A stretch of DNA of 64,000 bases from Acutalibacteraceae bacterium (GCA_045605605.1 JAZUQH010000049.1:12799-76798); one strand, 5' to 3'; positions 47,853-55,920 are shown, counted from the stretch's first letter. Made by a program: numbers and translations. Notes: generated from the sequence alone by a model not told the origin.

Positions 47853-48692
47853 TTATTCATCCTTAGAAATGCGTTTACCTTTTCGAAACTCAGAAGGGGA
47901 AACGCCGTTTAATCGACGGAATACATCTCCGAAATAGTTGCTGCTTGAAAAGCCGCAGCGCCCTGCAATCTCAATTATAGATAGATTGGTATCCTTCAAC
48001 ATCCGCCGCGCTGCGCTAATTCGGGTTTGGGTTAAAAACTCCTGAAAGCCAAAGCCTGTAAGCTGTTTAAATCTTTTTGAAAAATAAGTGCGCTCCATAT
48101 ACACCGCTTTTGCAGCGCTATCAAGGGTTATATGAGTATCGTAATTTTCCTGAATGAATTTGCTGATATCCTGAATTTTGTCGGCGCTTTCAACAAAGCT
48201 TGTGCTCTTTTCGTTGCCGTAACGAAGTGCGCATAGCAAAATATCCTGAACAAGATGATTGAGATACACATGAGAGTATGGTGAAACAGCGCGACATTCG
48301 TTGCACAATATCTCCAAATCATTTTCAATTTGACGGGCTGCATTTTGCGGCAGCTTCAGGCATCCGCAATTCATAAGCCTATTAAATTCTTTCTTTCCCA
48401 ACAACTCAATAAACCCGCGCAAGCTTTTTTCATATACGAATAAAACATATCGGTCATAACCGGACATATTTAACGATGTAGTCTTGTGAGTTTCAAAGTG
48501 AGGTATAAAAACGAGATTCTTTGGGGAAACATCGTAAATTTTATGACCGATAAAATACCTCCTTTTACCTGATACAAGGAAATATAATTCGTGATAATCG
48601 TGGGTGTGTGAGGGGTAGGTGTAATTTTTATTTTGCGTTGCGGTTTTATCCGCAAATATGCCGAATTCTTTCATGCATTTATCCATTTCCAT
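47853..48692 (-). CDS. AraC-family transcriptional regulator (cupin sensor + HTH)
   Basis: The C-terminus has SIIEIAGRCGFSSSNYFGDVFRRLNGVSPSEFR. The start is placed at ATG 48692, behind GAAGGTGA. Confidence 0.8.
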   Translation of the reverse strand: MEMDKCMKEFGIFADKTATQNKNYTYPSHTHDYHELYFLVSGKRRYFIGHKIYDVSPKNLVFIPHFETHKTTSLNMSGYDRYVLFVYEKSLRGFIELLGKKEFNRLMNCGCLKLPQNAARQIENDLEILCNECRAVSPYSHVYLNHLVQDILLCALRYGNEKSTSFVESADKIQDISKFIQENYDTHITLDSAAKAVYMERTYFSKRFKQLTGFGFQEFLTQTRISAARRMLKDTNLSIIEIAGRCGFSSSNYFGDVFRRLNGVSPSEFRKGKRISKDE

Positions 48693-48839
48693 ATAAATCA
48701 CCTTCTTGCTTAGTATATCACAAGTGATTTTAAAATGCAATATTTCTGTAGTTTAAGCGGGACAATACCCAAAATATCGGTTGAAAGTACATTATAATTG
48801 CACTATAATTATATTATAAAGTTATTTGAGGTGATTGCT

Positions 48840-50546
48840 GTGAAAAGAATTTACAACGAGCATATAATCCGTAAATCAGAGGACCTTAACGGTATATGGA
48901 GATTTCGTATAGACCCTGATGATTGCGGTAAATCGGAGCAATGGTTTTGCGGCCTTGAGAGCGAGCAAAAGGTAACCGTTCCGTCCGTTTGGAATAATAC
49001 TATGGGACTTTTGGACTATGAAGGCGTGGCTTGGTATGAGAGAGAATTTTTTACCGAGGGCGGAACCCTGCGCTTCTGCTTTGAGGGGGTTATGACCGAA
49101 GCAGATGTCTGGCTTGACGGCGCGTATTTAGGCTATCATTACGGCGGATTTTGTCAGTTTGATTTAATTGCCGCCGATGTATCAAAGGGAAGTCATAGAC
49201 TGACCGTTCGCGTAGATAATCGTTTTAATGCCCATTCTATCCCACAGGCGAGGGTGGATTGGTATCACTACGGCGGTATTACAAGAAGTGTTTCAGTAGA
49301 GGTATTAAAGGGATTATGTGTTTTAAATAACCGCTTGGAATACACTCTTTCGAAGGATATGAATAATGCGCAGTGCCGTTTTGTGTTAGAATTATATAAT
49401 GCTGATGAGGGTAAGATTACAGATACTGTATCGGCGCAGCTTGACGGCGCAGTAGTTTATACAGACAGCGTAACCGTCGAAGCACATACATATGCGGAAA
49501 TAGTCACACCCTGCTTTGCCGTAAATAATATTCGCTTGTGGGATGTCGGCGCTCCTGAGCTTTACTCAATTTATTTAAAAACATCTACTGATGACCTTTA
49601 TGACCGTACAGGCTTCCGCTCGGTAGAGGTAGTAGGCTATGAGATTCATATAAACGGTAAGCCCTGTGAAATATTAGGCGTTAACAGACATGAGGAGCAT
49701 CCCGACTGGGGCATGGCATTCCCTCAGGGACTTATGTATAGAGATATAGATATAATTAAGAATATGGGCTGTAATACCATACGAGGCTCACATTATCCTA
49801 ATTCTCAGATTTTCATTGATATGCTTGATGATGAGGGTATCACCTTCTGGAGCGAGGTTCCCTTCTGGGGAAACGGCTTTAGCGGTGAAACTTCGGGTGA
49901 CCCTGTAGTTGTAGAACGAGGACTTGCAATGCATAAAGAGATGGTAAAGTATTACTATAACCATCCAAGCATTATAATTTGGGGTATGCATAATGAGATG
50001 CCGACAAATGAGCAAACCGTTCTTGATATGACAAAGCTCTATTATCCCTTCTTAAAGGAAAACGGCGGAAACCGTCTTGTAACTTATGCCTCAGATAAAC
50101 CCGGAAAGGATATTTGCTTTGAATATTGCGATATTATAAGCATTAACTGTTATGTGGGTTGGTACGGCCACCCTCGTGAAAATTGGCCTAAGATAGTGGA
50201 GATGCACCACGAGCGTTTTGATAGCTTGGGAGTAGGGGATAAGCCCGTTATTTACAGCGAATTCGGCGGCGCCGCTATCTACGGTCAACATACCTTCGAT
50301 GATATTAAAGGAACCGAGGAGTATCAGGCAGAGCTTCTTTCCTTTGCCTTGCAGACCTTCCATAACGACCCCAAGGTTGCAGGCTTTTATATATGGCAGT
50401 TCTGCGATATAAGAACCTGTCCTCAGATGGGGCTTGACCGTTCAAGAGGCTATAATAATAAGGGACTTCTTAACGAGTATCGCAGACCGAAAATGTCTTA
50501 CCACGCCGTAAGCAAACTATATCACCAATTCGCAGAGGAAAAATAA
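48840..50546 (+). CDS. glycoside hydrolase family 2, beta-glucuronidase-like
   Basis: It is collinear with E. coli GUS (LNGIWRFRIDP.., VPSVWN, YEGVAWYEREF, RGSHYPNS, NEMP, YSEFG). The GTG start at 48840 lies behind GAGGTG, so the start is uncertain. Confidence 0.75.
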   Translation: MKRIYNEHIIRKSEDLNGIWRFRIDPDDCGKSEQWFCGLESEQKVTVPSVWNNTMGLLDYEGVAWYEREFFTEGGTLRFCFEGVMTEADVWLDGAYLGYHYGGFCQFDLIAADVSKGSHRLTVRVDNRFNAHSIPQARVDWYHYGGITRSVSVEVLKGLCVLNNRLEYTLSKDMNNAQCRFVLELYNADEGKITDTVSAQLDGAVVYTDSVTVEAHTYAEIVTPCFAVNNIRLWDVGAPELYSIYLKTSTDDLYDRTGFRSVEVVGYEIHINGKPCEILGVNRHEEHPDWGMAFPQGLMYRDIDIIKNMGCNTIRGSHYPNSQIFIDMLDDEGITFWSEVPFWGNGFSGETSGDPVVVERGLAMHKEMVKYYYNHPSIIIWGMHNEMPTNEQTVLDMTKLYYPFLKENGGNRLVTYASDKPGKDICFEYCDIISINCYVGWYGHPRENWPKIVEMHHERFDSLGVGDKPVIYSEFGGAAIYGQHTFDDIKGTEEYQAELLSFALQTFHNDPKVAGFYIWQFCDIRTCPQMGLDRSRGYNNKGLLNEYRRPKMSYHAVSKLYHQFAEEK

Positions 50547-50570
50547 AATATACCTAATGGAGTGAATTTT

Positions 50571-51731
50571 ATGGAAAAGAATTTTATCAGCGATTATATA
50601 GCGGAGCCTAAGATAATAACGCCTGATGATGGGGGACATTATTTCTTTGGCTATTACGATATGCGGGCTACTCAGGGTAACCGCCATTTAGCTCATAGAG
50701 TTGAATTTATGGACCGATTGCCTGAGGCTGACGATGTTGCGCAATTAGGCTATCTTGAAGACGGTAAATTTACTGCCTTTGCCGAAACTACAGCGTGGAA
50801 TTTTCAGCAGGGAGCAATGCTTCAGTACCATCCTTTTTTAGAAGATACCGTTTATTATAATGTTTTTCGTGACGGTAAAGAATGTACCGTTACCCACAAC
50901 TATGTAACGGGTGAAAAGAAATATACCGATAGAGCCACCGCCTGTGTTTCTCCCGATGGTAAATGGGGTATGGCAATTAATTTCGGTCGTATTTTCGCCT
51001 TCCGAGCAGGCTATGGCTACGCCGCAAGTGTGGATAAAAACGCAAATATAAATATTCCCGCCGATGATGGAATTTTCCTTACCGATATGGAGAGCGGAAC
51101 TTCAAGGATGCTTGTAAATTATGAGGAAATGGCAAAGGTATGCGGATTTGGAAGAGAGTGTAAAATCCTTGTTAACCATATTACCTTTAATACCGCCTCG
51201 AACAGATATGTAGCTTTAGTTCGCGATTTTCCCACACCCGATAGAAAACCGTGGGAGTGGAAAACTGCCATTATGATAGGCGATCTTGAAGGAAAAATTT
51301 GGACAGTGCCCTCAAACGATTACGCTTCCCACTATTACTGGCAGGATGAGAAGCATATTGTTTTCCATAGCTCTACCGCATCTGCCGATACAAAGGGTAT
51401 TTACAATATCAATACCGATGACGGAAGCTTTGTAGAATATATTATGGTAGACAGAGGAGATATTCATTGTATTTTCTCTCCTGACGGTAAATATCTTATC
51501 GGCGACGGCTATCCAACCATTGAAGGATACCGCAGAGTCTACGGTTACAATATGGAAACGGGCGAGGCAAAGGTGTTATTCCGTTCGGCAACGAACCGTC
51601 CGTCTACACAGGATATACGTTGTGATTTGCATAATCTTTTTGCTTTTGACGGTAAGTATATCAGCTATGATACAGTTGAAAACGGACGCCGCCAGATAGC
51701 GCTGGTTCCAATAGAAATTTTAAATTTTTAA
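50571..51731 (+). CDS. beta-propeller protein, oligogalacturonide-lyase-like (uncertain)
   Basis: 386 aa with repeated SPDGK blades (VSPDGKWG, FSPDGKYLIGDG, FDGKYISYD) and no signal peptide. The resemblance to PL22/TolB-type propellers is from memory only. Confidence 0.35.
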   Translation: MEKNFISDYIAEPKIITPDDGGHYFFGYYDMRATQGNRHLAHRVEFMDRLPEADDVAQLGYLEDGKFTAFAETTAWNFQQGAMLQYHPFLEDTVYYNVFRDGKECTVTHNYVTGEKKYTDRATACVSPDGKWGMAINFGRIFAFRAGYGYAASVDKNANINIPADDGIFLTDMESGTSRMLVNYEEMAKVCGFGRECKILVNHITFNTASNRYVALVRDFPTPDRKPWEWKTAIMIGDLEGKIWTVPSNDYASHYYWQDEKHIVFHSSTASADTKGIYNINTDDGSFVEYIMVDRGDIHCIFSPDGKYLIGDGYPTIEGYRRVYGYNMETGEAKVLFRSATNRPSTQDIRCDLHNLFAFDGKYISYDTVENGRRQIALVPIEILNF

Positions 51732-51746
51732 AAACTTAACAAAAAA

Positions 51747-51776
51747 GGACTGGGTCGCAAGACTCGGTCCTTTTCC
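51747..51776 (+). terminator. intrinsic terminator
   Basis: GGACTGGGTC-GCAA-GACTCGGTCC (10 bp including two G-U pairs), followed by TTTT. Confidence 0.7.
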
Positions 51777-51811
51777 AATATATAATGCTTTTAAAAATAA
51801 AATCTTTCGAG

Positions 51812-51841
51812 TTTTTAGCTTGGGCAGACAAGTGAAATAAA
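51812..51841 (+). repeat. 30-nt direct repeat, copy B
   Basis: See copy A at 47791-47820. Confidence 0.8.
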
Positions 51842-51852
51842 ATAAATCCCCC

Positions 51853-51927
51853 ATACGCCGCAGCGTATTTCATAGCGTTGGATATTTCATATGCGGTAGC
51901 ATATTTCACAAATCCCGTCAGGGATTT
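51853..51927. repeat. array of four short hairpins each followed by (A)TTTCAY
   Basis: Four units occur. The first is ATACGC-CGCA-GCGTAT (51853-51868). The second is a degenerate unit at about 51872-51886. The third is ATATGC-GGTA-GCATAT (51889-51904). The fourth is AAATCCC-GTCA-GGGATTT (51910-51927). Each is trailed by TTTCAT or TTTCAC. Confidence 0.6.
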
Positions 51928-51942
51928 ATTTCATTGAAAAAG

Positions 51943-51968
51943 GCACCGACAAAGTCGATGCTTTTTTT
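51943..51968. terminator. bidirectional terminator downstream of the 133-aa gene
   Basis: GCACCGAC-AAA-GTCGATGC followed by T7. An A-run on the other side supports termination of the minus-strand operon. Confidence 0.6.
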
Positions 51969-52037
51969 CTGGAAAGGTCGCACAAATTCGATGCCATTTG
52001 AATTTTTGACCTATGTGTTCAAACCCATACAGATTTT

Positions 52038-52439
52038 TCATTTTTTGGATTTAAGCGCTTTTATAACTTTTTTACACAAAACTAACTCGCTTGTGAAATT
52101 TGAGCGTGCCCTAATTGTTTTGCCATCTATGTTCGTTTCAACAATTTTCTTGTGTCGCTTTTTTAACCTTTTATAATAATTTTTAATCAAAGGAATGAAA
52201 CGAACATCCTTTAATTTTTCAATGACCCAAAGATAAGGAATACCATAATAATCTTTTTCTTCTTCGAAAAGTTCAAGAAACCATTCATCAATTAATGATT
52301 TTTCTTTATCAGAGAGGTTATCAAACTCTATAGCAGCATACTCCGCCGAACGCCCCATAGAAATACCATAAGTTTCGGGAGAAAAAGCATCGTAAAATAT
52401 TTTAAACTCTTTTGAAAGAGCATCAAAATCAAATGTCAT
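52038..52439 (-). CDS. hypothetical protein (133 aa, acidic N-terminal part, basic tail), no recognised domain
   Basis: The ORF starts with an ATGA overlap (52439-52436) onto the upstream four-helix-bundle gene. Confidence 0.6.
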   Translation of the reverse strand: MTFDFDALSKEFKIFYDAFSPETYGISMGRSAEYAAIEFDNLSDKEKSLIDEWFLELFEEEKDYYGIPYLWVIEKLKDVRFIPLIKNYYKRLKKRHKKIVETNIDGKTIRARSNFTSELVLCKKVIKALKSKK

Positions 52440-52786
52440 TTTGAAGTCTCCTTTGCAGTATTTAATGATGCTATTAACATTCTTTTTATTTCTTCTGCAA
52501 GTGAAAGCAAACTATCAAAATCATAATCAATTAAACTTGTTCTTTTTAAAAGTTTAAGCCAATAAATACTTTCGCCTGTCTCTTTAAGGGAAATATGTAA
52601 TTTAGAGATGAAATCAGCTTTGCTGTTACCATAAACAGCTTCATTTATGTTTGCTCCAACACTGGTGGCAGAGCGTAGTAATTGTTTTGCAATAGTTGTA
52701 TCTTTTCTTGTTTTAGAAAATGCCTCATAAAATAAAACAATTTGTGTTGAAAATTCAAGTGATTTTTCAAGTAATGGACTGTTCAT
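52436..52786 (-). CDS. four-helix-bundle protein (23S rRNA intervening-sequence protein / Avd-like family)
   Basis: QLLRSATSVGANINEA...SKADFISKLHISLKETGESIYWLKLL is the family signature. The start is placed at MNSPLLEK (52786), behind AGGTG. Confidence 0.8.
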   Translation of the reverse strand: MNSPLLEKSLEFSTQIVLFYEAFSKTRKDTTIAKQLLRSATSVGANINEAVYGNSKADFISKLHISLKETGESIYWLKLLKRTSLIDYDFDSLLSLAEEIKRMLIASLNTAKETSK

Positions 52787-52984
52787 TATGTTCACCTCTA
52801 AATGAATTATATCATAATTCACTCTTTAAATCAACGCTTTGCGTAGCAAAGCACCTTTTCTCTTATTTCTTCTCTCTTATCTTTTATCTGGAAACGACAA
52901 TTTTAGAGAAGAGAGAAGAATGAAAAGAGAAAAGTTAAAAGAACAAAAAGAAACGACAATCTTCTTGTCGAAAATTGTCGTTTC

Positions 52985-53007
52985 TTTTTGGCTGGGGAAT
53001 AGGGATT
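52985..53007 (-). repeat. displaced copy of the tRNA-Gln 3' end (23-nt exact direct repeat of 53341-53363)
   Basis: TTTTTGGCTGGGGAATAGGGATT is identical at both sites. On the minus strand it is followed by its own strong terminator hairpin (52947-52987). Confidence 0.85.
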
Positions 53008-53306
53008 TTCCGCGCACTACCGTGCGTTATCGCCTCGCTTACGCTCGTTGCCCACGTCGGCGAAAACAACCATTTAGGTTGTTTTCTTCCGCTATCGCTC
53101 CCTCCTTGTTCGAATTGGAATTCCCCTATTTTTATTTGCCATTATCCAATTCTTAACGGGATACTCTGCGCCCCGTGATTTTTCGACTGCTCCGAGCAGT
53201 TACGAAAAATCTGCGTTGCTCGAGACTTCACAGTCTGCAAATGCTATCGCGCATTTGCAGCTGCTTCGCCGAACCCTCCGGGTTCGCATCCCTATGACAC
53301 AGACAA

Positions 53307-53345
53307 GAAAAAACACAACACACCCAAAGGTGTGTTGTGTTTTTT
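53307..53345. terminator. bidirectional terminator at the tRNA-Gln 3' end
   Basis: AACACAACACACC-CAAA-GGTGTGTTGTGTT, a 13-bp perfect hairpin flanked by A- and T-runs. Confidence 0.8.
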
Positions 53346-53418
53346 GGCTGGGGAATAGGGATTCGAACCCCAACAAACAGAGTCAGAGTCTGTCGTGCTA
53401 CCGTTACACAATTCCCCA
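53345..53418 (-). tRNA. tRNA-Gln (anticodon CTG), CCA encoded
   Basis: Hand-folded 74-nt cloverleaf: acceptor TGGGGAA/TTCCCCA, anticodon stem ACAGA/TCTGT with loop CTCTGAC, T-arm TGGGG-TTCGAAT-CCCTA, discriminator G, then CCA. Confidence 0.9.
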
Positions 53419-53440
53419 ATATTTTTTTGACAGCAAGAGT

Positions 53441-53469
53441 ATTATAACCACTTTCTATCAAATTGTCAA
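53441..53469 (-). promoter_or_regulatory. consensus sigma-A promoter of tRNA-Gln
   Basis: On the minus strand TTGACA (53469-53464) is followed by a 17-nt spacer and TATAAT (53446-53441), about 20 nt upstream of the tRNA 5' end. Confidence 0.7.
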
Positions 53470-53537
53470 GCAAATTTTAAAATTTTAATTAGTTGATATT
53501 TATTATTCTATTTAGTATAATGTTTTCGGTGATAAAT

Positions 53538-54437
53538 ATGTCTGATAAATCTCAATTTAAAGGTATGTTGGCAGCCCTTACCGCCAACTTAATTTTTGGC
53601 TTTAGCTTTCTTTTTTCAAAAACTGCTCTAAGCTATGCCCATCCCTTGCTTATATTGGCGGCAAGATTTACCCTTGCTTTTATTGCTCTTAATCTGTTAA
53701 TCCTTTTTGGATTTGTTAAGATAAATCTTAAGGGTAAGAAAAAGACAGGCCTTCTGCTTATGGCTATTGCTCAGCCCTTTTTATACTTTATTTTTGAGCT
53801 TTACGGCATTTCTCATACCTCCTCTGCTCTTTCGGGGCTCATAATCTCTTTAGTGCCCGTAGCGGTTATGCTTCTCTCCTCCTTGCTTTTAAGCGAAAAG
53901 CCGTCACTTTGGCAATGTATTTGCGGAATCGTTTCCCTTTTAGGCGTCTGCGCGGTGAGCATCATATCCGATGATGGAAATGAAAACAAGCTTCTTGGCA
54001 TAATTCTTTTGCTCTTAGCCGTAATTTCTGCCGCTGTTTTTAATATATTAAGCCGCAGAGAATCGGTTAGCTTCTCCCCCTTTGAGCGAACCTATTTTAT
54101 GTTTTTAATAGGCTTTATAGGCTTCAATATTTTAGCCGTTTCCGCCCTAAAAGGTGAGTATATCAGCGGCATTGTTACCGCTTTTTCTAATTACCAGTTC
54201 ATAATCTCAATTCTTTATCTCTCGGTAATTTCATCGGTTGCGGCATTTATTCTGTATAACTATTCAACAAGTAGAATAAGCGTTATCCGCTCGGCTTCAT
54301 TTTCAAATATAATTACAGTAGTTTCCCTTTTTGCAGGGATACTTATTCTCAAAGAAAATTTCACCCTTACTGAAATTTTACTTTGCATACCTATTATATT
54401 AGGTGTTTGGGGTGTAAATATTAAGGATAGCAAATAA
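53538..54437 (+). CDS. DMT-superfamily (EamA-like) transporter
   Basis: Ten TM segments arranged as two EamA repeats. The start is placed at ATG 53538 (MSDKSQFKG). Confidence 0.75.
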   Translation: MSDKSQFKGMLAALTANLIFGFSFLFSKTALSYAHPLLILAARFTLAFIALNLLILFGFVKINLKGKKKTGLLLMAIAQPFLYFIFELYGISHTSSALSGLIISLVPVAVMLLSSLLLSEKPSLWQCICGIVSLLGVCAVSIISDDGNENKLLGIILLLLAVISAAVFNILSRRESVSFSPFERTYFMFLIGFIGFNILAVSALKGEYISGIVTAFSNYQFIISILYLSVISSVAAFILYNYSTSRISVIRSASFSNIITVVSLFAGILILKENFTLTEILLCIPIILGVWGVNIKDSK

Positions 54438-54470
54438 AAAACTCTGGCTTTTTAGCCAGAGTTTTTCCTT

Positions 54471-54962
54471 TTATTTTGCCTTTTTAAAACCGTAACGCAA
54501 GAGCATTGCTGCGCCTATTATACTTAAAAGGTCGCCTGAAACAAGGGCGAGTAATAATGCGCCCGATAAAAACACAACGAAAGCCATAAGACTTGCTAAA
54601 GAGTTGACGGTTATATCAGAAAGCATATTACTGAGCACTCCGTATGTAAGGTGTAAAAGCATAACAACATCTGACGCTATAAGCGTTATTGCCGCCGCCT
54701 TTACACTTTTTTGTGATTTCTCTTTTTTTCTGAGTATTGCCGCAAACACTATTACCAAGGTTGTAAGCGCCACTGAAATCAAAAGGAAAACCACGGTCTG
54801 CCAGCTTTCGTATCCGTAAAACACTTCGTCGTAATTTGATAATGCATCAAAAATCAGTAATCCTACCGATTCAAGAATAGAAAGGCCTCTTCCTATACAA
54901 AACAGGCATAGCGCCCATTTGAAAAATTTATCAGTCTTGTTTGACATAATTATTCGCAACAT
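54471..54962 (-). CDS. hypothetical 4-5 TM membrane protein
   Basis: 163 aa and hydrophobic. Its start overlaps the upstream SPFH gene by 13 nt. Confidence 0.55.
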   Translation of the reverse strand: MLRIIMSNKTDKFFKWALCLFCIGRGLSILESVGLLIFDALSNYDEVFYGYESWQTVVFLLISVALTTLVIVFAAILRKKEKSQKSVKAAAITLIASDVVMLLHLTYGVLSNMLSDITVNSLASLMAFVVFLSGALLLALVSGDLLSIIGAAMLLRYGFKKAK

Positions 54963-55894
54963 TCATCCTTTTTAGCTTTTTTAACAGGCTTTGGAGCCTC
55001 TTTAACAGCATCGCCAATACCCGTGGACTCGGTGAAAATAGCGTTATTTGTAACAGCATTCACAGCATCGGTGGGTACAATAAGCTTAGCGGCGGTACCG
55101 TTTGCCATATTAACTAATGCCTCATATTTTTTAAGCTCGATTACAGCGGCATCTGCTCCCGCTTCCTTTAAAGCCTTAAGACCATCAGCCTCAGCCTTCT
55201 TAGCAAGATAGATAGCCCTTGCCTCACCTTCGGCGCGGGCGATTTTCGCATCTCTTTCACCCTCTGCCTCAAGTATCATAGCCTGCTTATCGCCCTCGGC
55301 TCTGGTAATAGCGGCTGCTTTGTGACCTTCAGCCTGCAAAAGAGTTTCACGGCGGTCACGCTCAGCCTTCATCTGCTTTTCCATTGCATTCTGGATTTCA
55401 GCGGGTGGAATAATATTCTTAAGCTCAACTCGACTTACCTTCATACCCCATTGGTCAGTAGCTTCATCAAGAATTTCTGCCATTTTGGTATTGATTATAT
55501 CTCTTGAAGTAAGGGTTCCGTCAAGCTCCATTTCGCCTACGATGTTACGAAGAGTGGTGGCGGTAAGATTTTCAAGAGCCTTTATGGGATTAACGACGCC
55601 GTAAGCAAAAAGCCTTGCATCAAAAACTCGGAAGAAAACAACCGTATCTATCTGCATGGTAACGTTATCCTTAGTAATAACGGGCTGAGGAGGTGAATCC
55701 ATAACCTGTTCTTTTAAGGTAATGCGCTTTGCAACCTTTTCAAGAAGAGGAATCTTTACGTGAATTCCTGCATCCCACGTGGTCTTATACTTACCCAAAA
55801 ACTCAATGACATACTGAGTAGCTTCAGGCACGATTCTGATGTTTGGAATCACGATGAAAACTATCAACGCCAATAACACATAAAAAATCCACAT
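54950..55894 (-). CDS. SPFH/band-7 (stomatin-like) membrane protein
   Basis: An N-terminal TM segment is followed by IRIVPEATQYVIEFLGKY..., an SPFH core, and an Ala/Glu-rich coiled-coil region. Confidence 0.85.
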   Translation of the reverse strand: MWIFYVLLALIVFIVIPNIRIVPEATQYVIEFLGKYKTTWDAGIHVKIPLLEKVAKRITLKEQVMDSPPQPVITKDNVTMQIDTVVFFRVFDARLFAYGVVNPIKALENLTATTLRNIVGEMELDGTLTSRDIINTKMAEILDEATDQWGMKVSRVELKNIIPPAEIQNAMEKQMKAERDRRETLLQAEGHKAAAITRAEGDKQAMILEAEGERDAKIARAEGEARAIYLAKKAEADGLKALKEAGADAAVIELKKYEALVNMANGTAAKLIVPTDAVNAVTNNAIFTESTGIGDAVKEAPKPVKKAKKDECCE

Positions 55895-55920
55895 AATAAA
55901 TCCTCCAAAAAATTATTTTA

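Noticed and set aside
51853-51927. Mini CRISPR array.
   Set aside because: The units are about 18-22 nt with no spacer/repeat alternation of CRISPR dimensions. The repeats are not identical, and no cas genes or leader are present in the window.
52989-53137. A functional 149-nt tRNA-like gene or intron-containing tRNA-Gln, formed by the acceptor-like pairing of 53119-53126 with 52993-52999.
   Set aside because: The interior has no D-arm, anticodon arm or T-arm. It is too short for a group I intron, and no convincing promoter precedes it. It is kept only as part of the duplication finding.
52839-53488. Track ORFs 52839-53156, 52975-53178, 53216-53488 (plus strand), 53228-53473 (minus strand) and 58893-59084 (minus strand).
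   Set aside because: They run across tRNA genes, terminator hairpins and palindromes. They have no RBS and give low-complexity translations, so they are artefacts of structured non-coding DNA.
51732-53500. Intact integrative element or prophage at tRNA-Gln, and likewise at the tRNA-Ser genes.
   Set aside because: No integrase, recombinase, transposase, excisionase or phage structural gene is present anywhere in the 64 kb. Only att-like duplications and two small orphan genes remain.
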